DNA of 30,674 nt, taken from a virus (lineage: Duplodnaviria > Caudoviricetes). A program made the position numbers and the translations under genes. Numbering within the stretch: position 1 is the first letter of the stretch; each line of letters starts with the position of its first letter. Under the pieces are notes generated by a model, which worked only from the letters and a program-made list of their open reading frames with translations, ran no database searches and was not told the DNA's origin. Location: positions 1 through 30,674 of IMG/VR virus record IMGVR_UViG_3300014656_000094, one strand, 5' to 3'. Shown piece by piece: positions 15,371 through 23,093 of the stretch.

Positions 15371-15407
15371 AATTTTCCTTTCGCGCCACTGAGCACCAGC
15401 GTTATAA
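15280..15407 (+). repeat. attC-like site 20 (128 bp; same family as site 14)
   Basis: TAACATCGTGCTGCATTGGACGC...TTCCTTTCGCGCCACTGAGCACCAGCGTTA shared with site 14. Confidence 0.9.
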
Positions 15408-15473
15408 ACCTACTTCACTATTTTTAATATTATGGTGTTTACTGCAGCCGACAAATCACGCCTCTTTGTAACC

Positions 15474-16259
15474 TTAAATTTCTAAGTCGCTATCTTCTCC
15501 AGCTATTTCGGCGTCAACTATTTCGGCGTCAATTATTTCGGTTTCTTCGCTTTCTTCTTCGTACACCTGATAGCCTTCTTCGGTCAGCATTTCATACGCA
15601 GACTCAAACATATCTACAAGGCCTGGTTCTGTTAACCCGGCTGGGACGACATCATGAAAACTATAATATTTTTTATCCCCATCCTCAATATATTTAGTTG
15701 TGATTTTATAAGTAAAATACCAGGGACTTTTGCGCTTTGAGGCCATTATATTTGTAAATCGGCGGCCTTCGTCGAATGTAGATACTCCAAAACTTAACAT
15801 CATTGGAGTCATATCTTCAGCATCCGGGCATATTACAGGAATGTTTATATATTGTGAACAGACTGGTCTTATTTTTTTACCGTTTTTTTCAGTCCATTCT
15901 TTTAAAGGGCATTCACTACAATCACCGCCCGGCATGCCTATGCCTATTTTATTATTTTTGGCGATACAATTAATACCTTTTCCTTGTGCTATTGGAATGA
16001 AATTAATACGGGATTTGCCGATAAGTAGTGGTACGATTTTTAGTGGGGTTTTTGGTTCTGCTAATATATTCATCGTCAAATTATTAGCAAGACTTCCGAC
16101 TCTTATTTCGTACGGCGGTGCGGCTTCTTTTGACATACTCTGTACAATTTTAAGACGCGGGACGATTAGAAGCTCAGAGTCAAATCCTTCTAAGCCTTTA
16201 ATTTCAGACGTTTTTTGAAGTGCGCCTGCATTTTTTTTTGCGATTTCTTTACTTGTCAT
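15474..16259 (-). CDS. Putative ssDNA-binding/recombination protein
   Basis: PRLKIVQ motif, CxxC cluster, very acidic C-terminal tail, early-operon context. Confidence 0.5.
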   Translation of the reverse strand: MTSKEIAKKNAGALQKTSEIKGLEGFDSELLIVPRLKIVQSMSKEAAPPYEIRVGSLANNLTMNILAEPKTPLKIVPLLIGKSRINFIPIAQGKGINCIAKNNKIGIGMPGGDCSECPLKEWTEKNGKKIRPVCSQYINIPVICPDAEDMTPMMLSFGVSTFDEGRRFTNIMASKRKSPWYFTYKITTKYIEDGDKKYYSFHDVVPAGLTEPGLVDMFESAYEMLTEEGYQVYEEESEETEIIDAEIVDAEIAGEDSDLEI

Positions 16260-16277
16260 GATTACTACTCCTTTTAA

Positions 16278-17516
16278 TTAGTTCAAATATGCTTTCAAGA
16301 TGTGAATCGCCTCATCTATTTTATCGTCAACTTTCGATACAATTTCTTTTGCCTCCCGTGATTTGGGCTGGGGTAGCTTCAGGGTGTCGAGATCGTTCAT
16401 AAAGGCTTTTAATTGCTCTTTATCACTTGCACCTATAAGCCGTGCTTTTTCAGCTTTAATCGCTTTCTGCTCATCTTCTATTTGTTGCAGTTGTACAAGC
16501 CGTTCCTTCTCGGCTTTTTGCCTTATATCCATTTCGTCACTTATCCGCTTAATTAGATGGTTCCAGGCGTCGTCGGTGTATGTTCGGATTTCTGAAAAGC
16601 TAACATTAAAATCGTCTTTTGTAAAAGACATTGAGTCAGGGCTTATTGACAGCCCAAGAGCATAACAATCTGTTGCTCTTTTATCCTGTTGTTGTCGATA
16701 TTTTTCGTTGACATCATTTGCAGCCGTATACGCTGCAAGAACCGACTTAAATTCCTTGTCATCAATATCGGCTAATTTCTCAGCAAGAATTAAAGCAGTT
16801 TCGCCTATATAAATATGTTCGCCTTTTATCCTTGCCTGAGGCATTTGGCCTAATCTGATATAGGAAATTTTTTCTTTTTTAGCAGCGGCTACAATAGCTT
16901 TCTCAGCGGCTATTAATCGTTTTAAATCTTCCGCCCTGGTTTGCTCTTCTGCTTTAATGCGGGCAGTTTCTTTTTTAGCGTCGGCTTTTTCTTTAGCGAT
17001 ACGCGCGTCGTTAACCTCTTTTGCCGTAGCGATAAATTCGCTAAATTCATCTTCGGTGTAAAGGTCTAACCCGATAAAAAATGGTTCCGGGGCGTTGTAT
17101 TTTGAAAGCATATCGATTCGGTTTCGAATGAGTTTAAGTCGGGCGGTTTCTTTTTTGATTTTTATGAAATCTTCTTGTTGCTGCAGATGGACTTCAAGTG
17201 GTTTCAGGTGCGCTTTGATAACGTTGTAAATACCGTCGATTGCTCTACTCATAAGCAGATAATTTTCTTTAAGATTTATCCGCTTTTTGTCCGCGTCGGT
17301 TCTGATTCTAACAAGTTGAAGCCTTAATTCTCTTGCGGCTTTCATTTGGGTGACTTGCGTTTCGTCAGATACTTTAATGTTCCGGGCCGTTGTCGCCGCC
17401 TTATTCATCTCTTTGAATATGGGGTCGAATACGACCTGAATCTCTGTTTGTTTCTCTTGCGGGACTACCTGTAATTCATTTTCCAGGCTTACGTCTAAAA
17501 CGTGGTCATTTTGCAT
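16278..17516 (-). CDS. Coiled-coil early protein (DUF1351-like)
   Basis: ARELRLQLVRIRT...KKR...LKE pattern, charged helical composition; GGAGG RBS. Confidence 0.5.
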   Translation of the reverse strand: MQNDHVLDVSLENELQVVPQEKQTEIQVVFDPIFKEMNKAATTARNIKVSDETQVTQMKAARELRLQLVRIRTDADKKRINLKENYLLMSRAIDGIYNVIKAHLKPLEVHLQQQEDFIKIKKETARLKLIRNRIDMLSKYNAPEPFFIGLDLYTEDEFSEFIATAKEVNDARIAKEKADAKKETARIKAEEQTRAEDLKRLIAAEKAIVAAAKKEKISYIRLGQMPQARIKGEHIYIGETALILAEKLADIDDKEFKSVLAAYTAANDVNEKYRQQQDKRATDCYALGLSISPDSMSFTKDDFNVSFSEIRTYTDDAWNHLIKRISDEMDIRQKAEKERLVQLQQIEDEQKAIKAEKARLIGASDKEQLKAFMNDLDTLKLPQPKSREAKEIVSKVDDKIDEAIHILKAYLN

Positions 17517-17740
17517 TATGCCTCCAAGTATGGTTTTTTGTCAGGGTTTTTTTTAATCCAATCTAACACTATTGACGCAATAACTTCCGTAGACCTCAAA
17601 TAATCAGACGAGTCATTAAGTGTTAGCATTGCATTTATATTCATTAGTTTTTCAAAAAGTTCTGGATTTAGATAAGCTGAACTGGCAAATAGTATATCTT
17701 CTGGACAGGTCATTCTTGCCGCAATGGTTAAAAAGTTCAT
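17516..17740 (-). CDS. Hypothetical protein MNFLTIAA...
   Basis: GAGGGT RBS before the ATG at 17740; avoids the long overlap of the ORF-track start. Confidence 0.55.
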   Translation of the reverse strand: MNFLTIAARMTCPEDILFASSAYLNPELFEKLMNINAMLTLNDSSDYLRSTEVIASIVLDWIKKNPDKKPYLEA

Positions 17741-17741
17741 T

Positions 17742-17990
17742 TTACACCCTCGGTTTAAATTCTGTAAAATTTCCGATAGTTTCAATGCAATCATGTATAA
17801 TTTCCTGTAAGGCCGTGAATTCATCGTAGGTTATTTTTTTGCAATCCTCGGCGTGCTCTAATATTTTGCCCGTGGCGTCGTTAAAAGCGTCGATAACGCA
17901 TACAATAGAGCTGCAAACTTCAATGGCCTGGGCCCCGGTTCCAAGTGTAATTTGAGGCTTGTCCAAAATATTTTCGCATACTGAACACAT
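17742..17990 (-). CDS. Hypothetical Cys-containing protein MCSVCEN...
   Basis: GAGGAG RBS; ATG coupled to the upstream stop. Confidence 0.55.
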   Translation of the reverse strand: MCSVCENILDKPQITLGTGAQAIEVCSSIVCVIDAFNDATGKILEHAEDCKKITYDEFTALQEIIHDCIETIGNFTEFKPRV

Positions 17991-18433
17991 TATTTTCTCC
18001 TCAGTGTATTTATTTTGGTATAAATCCATGTACTGACTCCGGTCGGGATAATATTTTCAAGTTCTAACATTTCTTTAACCGGGGCCTGATTCACCTTACT
18101 TTGAATAAATTCAAAACGTGAATTTTCATAACACCACCTTATAAATGCTTCTTTGTCGTCGACTCCGGCTTTGAGGTCTGCTTTTTTCGTGACAGTGGTT
18201 AGCTCGCCGGTAATTTTTTCAACGTCAATCGCTTCCATCTTTTTAATGAGCAGAAATTCAATATCTGATTTCGCTTTGTTCATTGCTTTTTCAAGTTTGC
18301 CGATTCCGGTTTTAGCGTCCTTAGTGCGCTGTAGAAAGTCGGCAAGGTGTCCGAGAGTCATATCGGAAGAAGAAAACCCGCCTATTTCCTGCAGATCTTT
18401 AATTATGCCGATTTCTTTTGTTAGTGCATCCAT
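17990..18433 (-). CDS. Siphovirus early protein (Gp157/Gam-like architecture)
   Basis: N-terminal coiled coil plus beta/alpha C-terminus; located in the recombination cluster. Confidence 0.45.
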   Translation of the reverse strand: MDALTKEIGIIKDLQEIGGFSSSDMTLGHLADFLQRTKDAKTGIGKLEKAMNKAKSDIEFLLIKKMEAIDVEKITGELTTVTKKADLKAGVDDKEAFIRWCYENSRFEFIQSKVNQAPVKEMLELENIIPTGVSTWIYTKINTLRRK

Positions 18434-18444
18434 TTTCTAATATC

Positions 18445-18762
18445 CTATAATTTATATATTAATATTGCTTTTTTAAGGTCTATTCTGTTATAGCCTTTAG
18501 CGTCTTCAAAAGCATACAATTTAGCGTTTTCAATCAGGCCGTTATTATTGATTGAGCGGACAAAATTGTTCCATTCGATTCGGCGGGATTTGGTTATTTC
18601 AAGAGTCCATTCAGCTTTAAAAATTGCTAATAAATTCCTGCGGTTTTCAACAATCCTATCTTCACTTGCAAGTTCTTCCGTATAAGGATTATACCCTTCG
18701 CCGCCTTCGTTCATTACCGTTGTGTATTCTTTTTCTGCTTTTTTTAATTCTGTAATTGTCAT
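18445..18762 (-). CDS. Hypothetical protein, first gene after the early promoter
   Basis: AAAGGAG RBS. Confidence 0.7.
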   Translation of the reverse strand: MTITELKKAEKEYTTVMNEGGEGYNPYTEELASEDRIVENRRNLLAIFKAEWTLEITKSRRIEWNNFVRSINNNGLIENAKLYAFEDAKGYNRIDLKKAILIYKL

Positions 18763-18794
18763 CTCTAATCTCCTTTGGTTGCGCGTTCATTTCC

Positions 18795-18823
18795 AATATA
18801 AGAAAGGTTTTAAAGAAAGTCAA
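18795..18823 (-). promoter_or_regulatory. Sigma70-type leftward promoter
   Basis: TTGACT - 17 bp - TATATT on the minus strand with AT-rich upstream sequence. Confidence 0.75.
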
Positions 18824-18851
18824 GTGTTTTTATAAATAAATTATATAATGT

Positions 18852-20363
18852 TTAAAGCTCTTTTATGTCAAGTTCTTTTAAAACGTCTCCTTTCGCTTCC
18901 AGACGTTTGTCTATTTGTATATCAATCCCGCTGCTTTGCAAGTGGTAAATTGTCATTTTGTTTTTTTGGCCTATACGATTTATCCGGTCATTGGCCTGTA
19001 AATACGTTTCTAAATTGAAGTCCTTCTCATAATAAATAATATCACTGCAAAATTGTAAATTTAGGCCGTGGCCGGCCGACATCGGATTCGCTACTAATAT
19101 TTTAACCTCATTTTCAAATAGATTCAGCTCGTCTACCTTGCCGGTAAATTGCACAAATGACATGTTTTCTTTAGCCAGGGCGCGGCATATCATTTTGATA
19201 GATTCTCTGAAGTGAGCAAATATTATTACTTCCCCAGGTATCTGCTCAACAAGTTCAACTATCAAATCAGTACGGTTTTGTGGAAAATGTATAATCCTTT
19301 CATCGCCGTAAACGAACCCGGAACTTATTTGTCTCATTTTCATTAATTTTGTAATTGCAAAAGGGGCTGTAATTGGTTCTCCTGTTTCTAAAAATAAAAT
19401 CATATCCTGTTTCATCTGCTTATAAGCTCGCTTTTGATCGGGAGTCATTTCACAGATGCGATATTCATGAATAACCGGAGGCAAGTCTAAACAGTCTTTT
19501 TTGTGATGCCGGACACTATAAGGCGCCATTTTCGCTCTAACGGCTTCCAGTGCGCCGGGTTTTAAATAATAAGTAGCCCCGTCGTCCATTGACTTCAATT
19601 TATTAACAACATAAGCCGCCCCCTCTATATCGTCCGCTGTGAATTTAGAAACCCATGCACTTTCTAAATTGTTCCAATAATACGATTTGGTTTTTTTTAT
19701 AAAATTCACCGCTTTTTTACTATATGGGAACTTTATATATATATTCCCGTTTTCAAGGAAAGTCTGAACTATTAACTGATTAGAAAAATATCTTTCCCGG
19801 AAAGAGAACCAAGAACTACCGAAAATGTTATCGCTTAAAAAGCGAAATTGAGGAAATATATCCATTAAACTATTCGGAGCTACGGTCCCGGTCATTATGC
19901 TGCGATACTGAGATTTTAAAAACATAACTCTTTTAGCTCGCATAGATTGCGGATTCTTGCATTTTGTCGATTCGTCAAGAATTATAGTAGACCAAAAAAC
20001 CCTGGTTAAACCATAAGAAATATTCTTTTTTTTCGGAATTATTATTTTAGCCGTATCATAAGGTACTATAATATTATAGTCCTCATGGCCGGTTAATCCA
20101 TCTAAAAAATCAAGAGCTTTGCGGCTGCCTTTGTCTAATACAATCTGGCACTCTGGCGGAAACGCTTCGTCTAATTGCTGTTTCCATACTTTAATTGCTG
20201 TACTTGGCGGGCACATTATAAGGTTGAGTTTACTTTTACGATGCAAGAGCAGGGCTATTTGTACTCTTGTCTTGCCGGTTCCCGGCTCACTCAAATCGGC
20301 ACAGAATGTTAATTTAATGAATTTCTCAAAGCTGGTTTTCTGATGCTCATATAAGTCTATCAT
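18852..20363 (-). CDS. SNF2-family (DEAD/DEAH-like) helicase
   Basis: EPGTGKT, ILDES, MTGT, GHGLNLQ and QANDRINRIGQ motifs. Confidence 0.9.
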   Translation of the reverse strand: MIDLYEHQKTSFEKFIKLTFCADLSEPGTGKTRVQIALLLHRKSKLNLIMCPPSTAIKVWKQQLDEAFPPECQIVLDKGSRKALDFLDGLTGHEDYNIIVPYDTAKIIIPKKKNISYGLTRVFWSTIILDESTKCKNPQSMRAKRVMFLKSQYRSIMTGTVAPNSLMDIFPQFRFLSDNIFGSSWFSFRERYFSNQLIVQTFLENGNIYIKFPYSKKAVNFIKKTKSYYWNNLESAWVSKFTADDIEGAAYVVNKLKSMDDGATYYLKPGALEAVRAKMAPYSVRHHKKDCLDLPPVIHEYRICEMTPDQKRAYKQMKQDMILFLETGEPITAPFAITKLMKMRQISSGFVYGDERIIHFPQNRTDLIVELVEQIPGEVIIFAHFRESIKMICRALAKENMSFVQFTGKVDELNLFENEVKILVANPMSAGHGLNLQFCSDIIYYEKDFNLETYLQANDRINRIGQKNKMTIYHLQSSGIDIQIDKRLEAKGDVLKELDIKEL

Positions 20364-20480
20364 ACTATTTCCCTCCGCTTGGTTTAATATAACACATTAT
20401 AATATTAATGCAATATTAATTTGTAATTAATACAATTAATTTATATATTGAATTACATTTATAACAAAGGAGCAAATCAA
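20364..20480. promoter_or_regulatory. AT-rich divergent control region
   Basis: Between divergent genes; AATATTAAT direct repeat and near-palindrome TTGTAATTAATACAA. Confidence 0.5.
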
Positions 20481-20627
20481 ATGACTGAAACAATGATGAT
20501 CCCGGTTTCAAAAGAAATCCACGAGGCTGCTAAAAAACGAGCGGCTGAACTTGGAATGACTCTGCAAGACTTCACCGAAGTGCAACTACAGCGAGCGCTT
20601 AATAAAGGCAAGAAAACCACCTCTTAG
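20481..20627 (+). CDS. 48-aa ribbon-helix-helix (Arc/CopG-like) regulator; not in ORF track
   Basis: MTETMMIPVSKEIHEAAKKRAAELGMTLQDFTEVQLQRAL; AAAGGAG RBS. Confidence 0.75.
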   Translation: MTETMMIPVSKEIHEAAKKRAAELGMTLQDFTEVQLQRALNKGKKTTS

Positions 20628-20649
20628 CGGTTACATATAATGAAGGGAG

Positions 20650-22146
20650 GTGTACTTGACAGAACTGCTAAGAGTTCCACCTCATGATATTGAGGCGGAA
20701 ATAGCTGTCTTGTCGTCTATTATATTAGATAACGACGTAATCGAAAAGACAGTTAAAATATTGCCTGGCGGATATTTCTATAAACAGGCGCACCGATATA
20801 TTTATAAAGCTATAATTGAACTGCATACGGCTAATATTGTCTGCGATATGTTAACGATTGCCGACCAGCTTAAAAAGGACGGTAATTTCGACGATTCCGG
20901 TGGTATGGCATATCTTATAGATGTTAATAACCGCTCGGCCTCAAGTGTAGATATTAATAGCCATATATCCATTATACGCGATAAAGCTATTCGCCGAAAA
21001 GCTATACAAGCCTCTGATGCGACTACTCAAAGTCTCTATGATGGTGATTTGTCTGAGACGCTGCAAAACGGCTTTGATAAATTGACCGCCGCTGCTAAGG
21101 CCGCCGGGAGGCCCATTGGAAGGACTAACAGCGAAGAGGTCTTTAATTATTATAATGATTTGCGCATTACAAGCGAAACTGATGTTCCGGATATAATCCC
21201 GATTGTGAAAATTGGCAAATGCGTTATTTGTACGCCTGAAAATATTACCGCTATCTCAGGTGAGTCGAAGTCTTCTAAGTCAGCCCTGGCAAATGTCATA
21301 ATTGCCGGAGCTATTTACCAAGATGAAACGAAAGCCGAATCATTCAAGCATCTTACTATTCTGAAAAATTGCGATAAAAAAGCAGTACTGCATTTTGATA
21401 CCGAACAATCCCGGACTATCCATAAGATAAGACATCAGGGAATTATTAACCGGGCGGGTCTGGCAAACGAAGATCCGGCATACTACTATTCCTATAATAT
21501 CAGGAAACTTAATATCGAAGATTACCAAAGCATTACAAGCGAAATCTGCGAAGCGGCTTACGAAGCTCACGGCGGCGTCTATATGATCGTGATTGATGGA
21601 ATTGCCGATTATATAAAATCTGTGAACGACGAGGAACAGTCTAATGAGATTGTTCACTATTTTGAGCAACTATCTGTACTCTACCAGTGTCCTATTGTTA
21701 CCATTATACACCTTAACCCGAATAGTGAAAATAAGCAGCGCGGCCACCTGGGGTCACAGCTACAAAGAAAATCAGAATCCGTCTTACTTATCAAAAAAGA
21801 TAATAATACCGGGATAAGCTGGTGCGAAGGGCAATTCCTTAGAAATGCAGGAAAAGAAAACCTCATTAAAATCCAATTCATTTACGACGCTCAGAAAAAA
21901 TATCACATCTATGCAGGTGAGAGGTTCGATGAAAAGACAAATGAACTTGAAAAGCTAAGATTCTATGCGAATGATATATTTTCCGCTAAAGGCTCGGTTT
22001 TAAGATCAACGGCCATTAAACAACTTATGGAATTAGGCGGATGGGGGAGCAGAACAGCGGAAGAAAAACTGAGAGATATGGAAAAACTTGAGTTTATAGA
22101 AAAGGAAAATCCAAAAGGTAAAAAGGCTTCTTATGTATCAAAATGA
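20650..22146 (+). CDS. Replication helicase: DnaB N-terminal domain fused to an AAA_25/RepA-like ATPase
   Basis: PPHDIEAEIAVL...FY...HRYIYKAI (DnaB-N); GESKSSKS Walker A variant; HFDTEQS; IVIDGIAD; RGHLGSQL. Confidence 0.8.
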   Translation: MYLTELLRVPPHDIEAEIAVLSSIILDNDVIEKTVKILPGGYFYKQAHRYIYKAIIELHTANIVCDMLTIADQLKKDGNFDDSGGMAYLIDVNNRSASSVDINSHISIIRDKAIRRKAIQASDATTQSLYDGDLSETLQNGFDKLTAAAKAAGRPIGRTNSEEVFNYYNDLRITSETDVPDIIPIVKIGKCVICTPENITAISGESKSSKSALANVIIAGAIYQDETKAESFKHLTILKNCDKKAVLHFDTEQSRTIHKIRHQGIINRAGLANEDPAYYYSYNIRKLNIEDYQSITSEICEAAYEAHGGVYMIVIDGIADYIKSVNDEEQSNEIVHYFEQLSVLYQCPIVTIIHLNPNSENKQRGHLGSQLQRKSESVLLIKKDNNTGISWCEGQFLRNAGKENLIKIQFIYDAQKKYHIYAGERFDEKTNELEKLRFYANDIFSAKGSVLRSTAIKQLMELGGWGSRTAEEKLRDMEKLEFIEKENPKGKKASYVSK

Positions 22147-22152
22147 TGCTAA

Positions 22153-22490
22153 TTGGTCAGTTTCTGACCAAAACCCCAAATGTACATGTATATCCATAAA
22201 AAACAATATGTTACAAAATAGGTACATTTCGACAATGTACATGTATAACCATAATAAACAACAAGTTAACGACATATACATTTGCCCCTACATGTATGTA
22301 GAAATAATGTATGTATTATATTATGGTATTGACGAAAAATTACACAGTGGTATATTAAAACCGCCCCATATAGGGCGGTTTAATAATATAATAGATCGTA
22401 CATTTAGGTACATTTCCCCAAATGTACATGTATATCCATAAAAAACAATATGTTACAAAATAGGTACATTTAGGTACATTTGGACAAATG
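22153..22490. repeat. Repeat-rich putative replication origin
   Basis: 56-bp perfect direct repeat (22174-22229 and 22416-22471), many GTACAT/ATGTA motifs, two hairpins; directly after the helicase gene. Confidence 0.7.
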
Positions 22491-22694
22491 TATATGAAAT
22501 CAAAAAACTATAAAATTCCGCCCGAAAATAAGCGTAATCCGGATATACCCGTTAAAGATTATCTCTGGCTCGCTATATTAGACGATCAAGCCGAAGGCGC
22601 CCCGCCTGTGAATTTTATCCCGCAAGACGATTGGCTAACTGTTTATTACATATTTGATAGTCACGGCAAAAAACGCTGGAAAGTCATCTCATAA
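22488..22694 (+). CDS. Hypothetical protein
   Basis: ORF filling the gap before the terminase genes. Confidence 0.5.
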   Translation: MYMKSKNYKIPPENKRNPDIPVKDYLWLAILDDQAEGAPPVNFIPQDDWLTVYYIFDSHGKKRWKVIS

Positions 22695-22754
22695 ATAAAT
22701 TTTAAATTTGTGCGCGATGCGTATTATATTAATCTTGAATTGAATGAGGTGGAA

Positions 22755-23093
22755 ATGGCTGAAAATCAATCGGAGAAACAGCCGGAAAAGAAACGTAACC
22801 CGGCGGACCACTTAAAAGACAAGCGTTTTAAACCGGGCCAGTCGGGTAACCCTGCAGGTCGTCCCAAAAAAGGCTCGGCCATTGCTGATATACTTAACAA
22901 GATAGGCGACGAACTTATAAGCGTTGGCGGCGAAGATATAACAAAGCGGGAGGCAATTTTACGAAAAGTCTATGTTATGGCCGGTAAGGGCAATATGTCA
23001 GCTATTAATTATATTTCAGATCGTACAGAAGGCAAGGCCGTTGAAACAGTTCAGCCTCAACAGGGATTCGATCATGTCGAGTATTTAGAATGA
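22755..23093 (+). CDS. terS: Terminase small subunit (DUF5681-like)
   Basis: FKPGQSGNPAGRPKK motif; GAGGTGG RBS; ATGA overlap with terL. Confidence 0.8.
   Translation: MAENQSEKQPEKKRNPADHLKDKRFKPGQSGNPAGRPKKGSAIADILNKIGDELISVGGEDITKREAILRKVYVMAGKGNMSAINYISDRTEGKAVETVQPQQGFDHVEYLE

Larger units (their letters stand above)
8200..15407 (+). mobile_element. Integron-like gene cassette array lacking an integrase (CALIN-like); about 20 attC-like sites; ORFs antisense to the attC top strand
   Basis: Repeated R''-5bp-L''...L'-6bp-R' hairpins between single small ORFs; cassette-end complementarity. Confidence 0.9.

Noticed and set aside
8869-15407. CRISPR array or simple terminator/REP repeats as explanation of the intergenic repeats
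   Set aside because: Repeats differ in sequence and length, the spacers are whole genes, there are no U-tails, and the offset R'/R'' complementarity fits cassettes.
15505-15540. Tandem TATTTCGGCGTCAA repeat
   Set aside because: Coding repeat (DAEI units) in an acidic protein tail; no independent function evident.
22133-22441. 102-aa ORF after the helicase
   Set aside because: Made of the DNA repeats with odd Tyr/Met-rich composition; more likely non-coding origin DNA.
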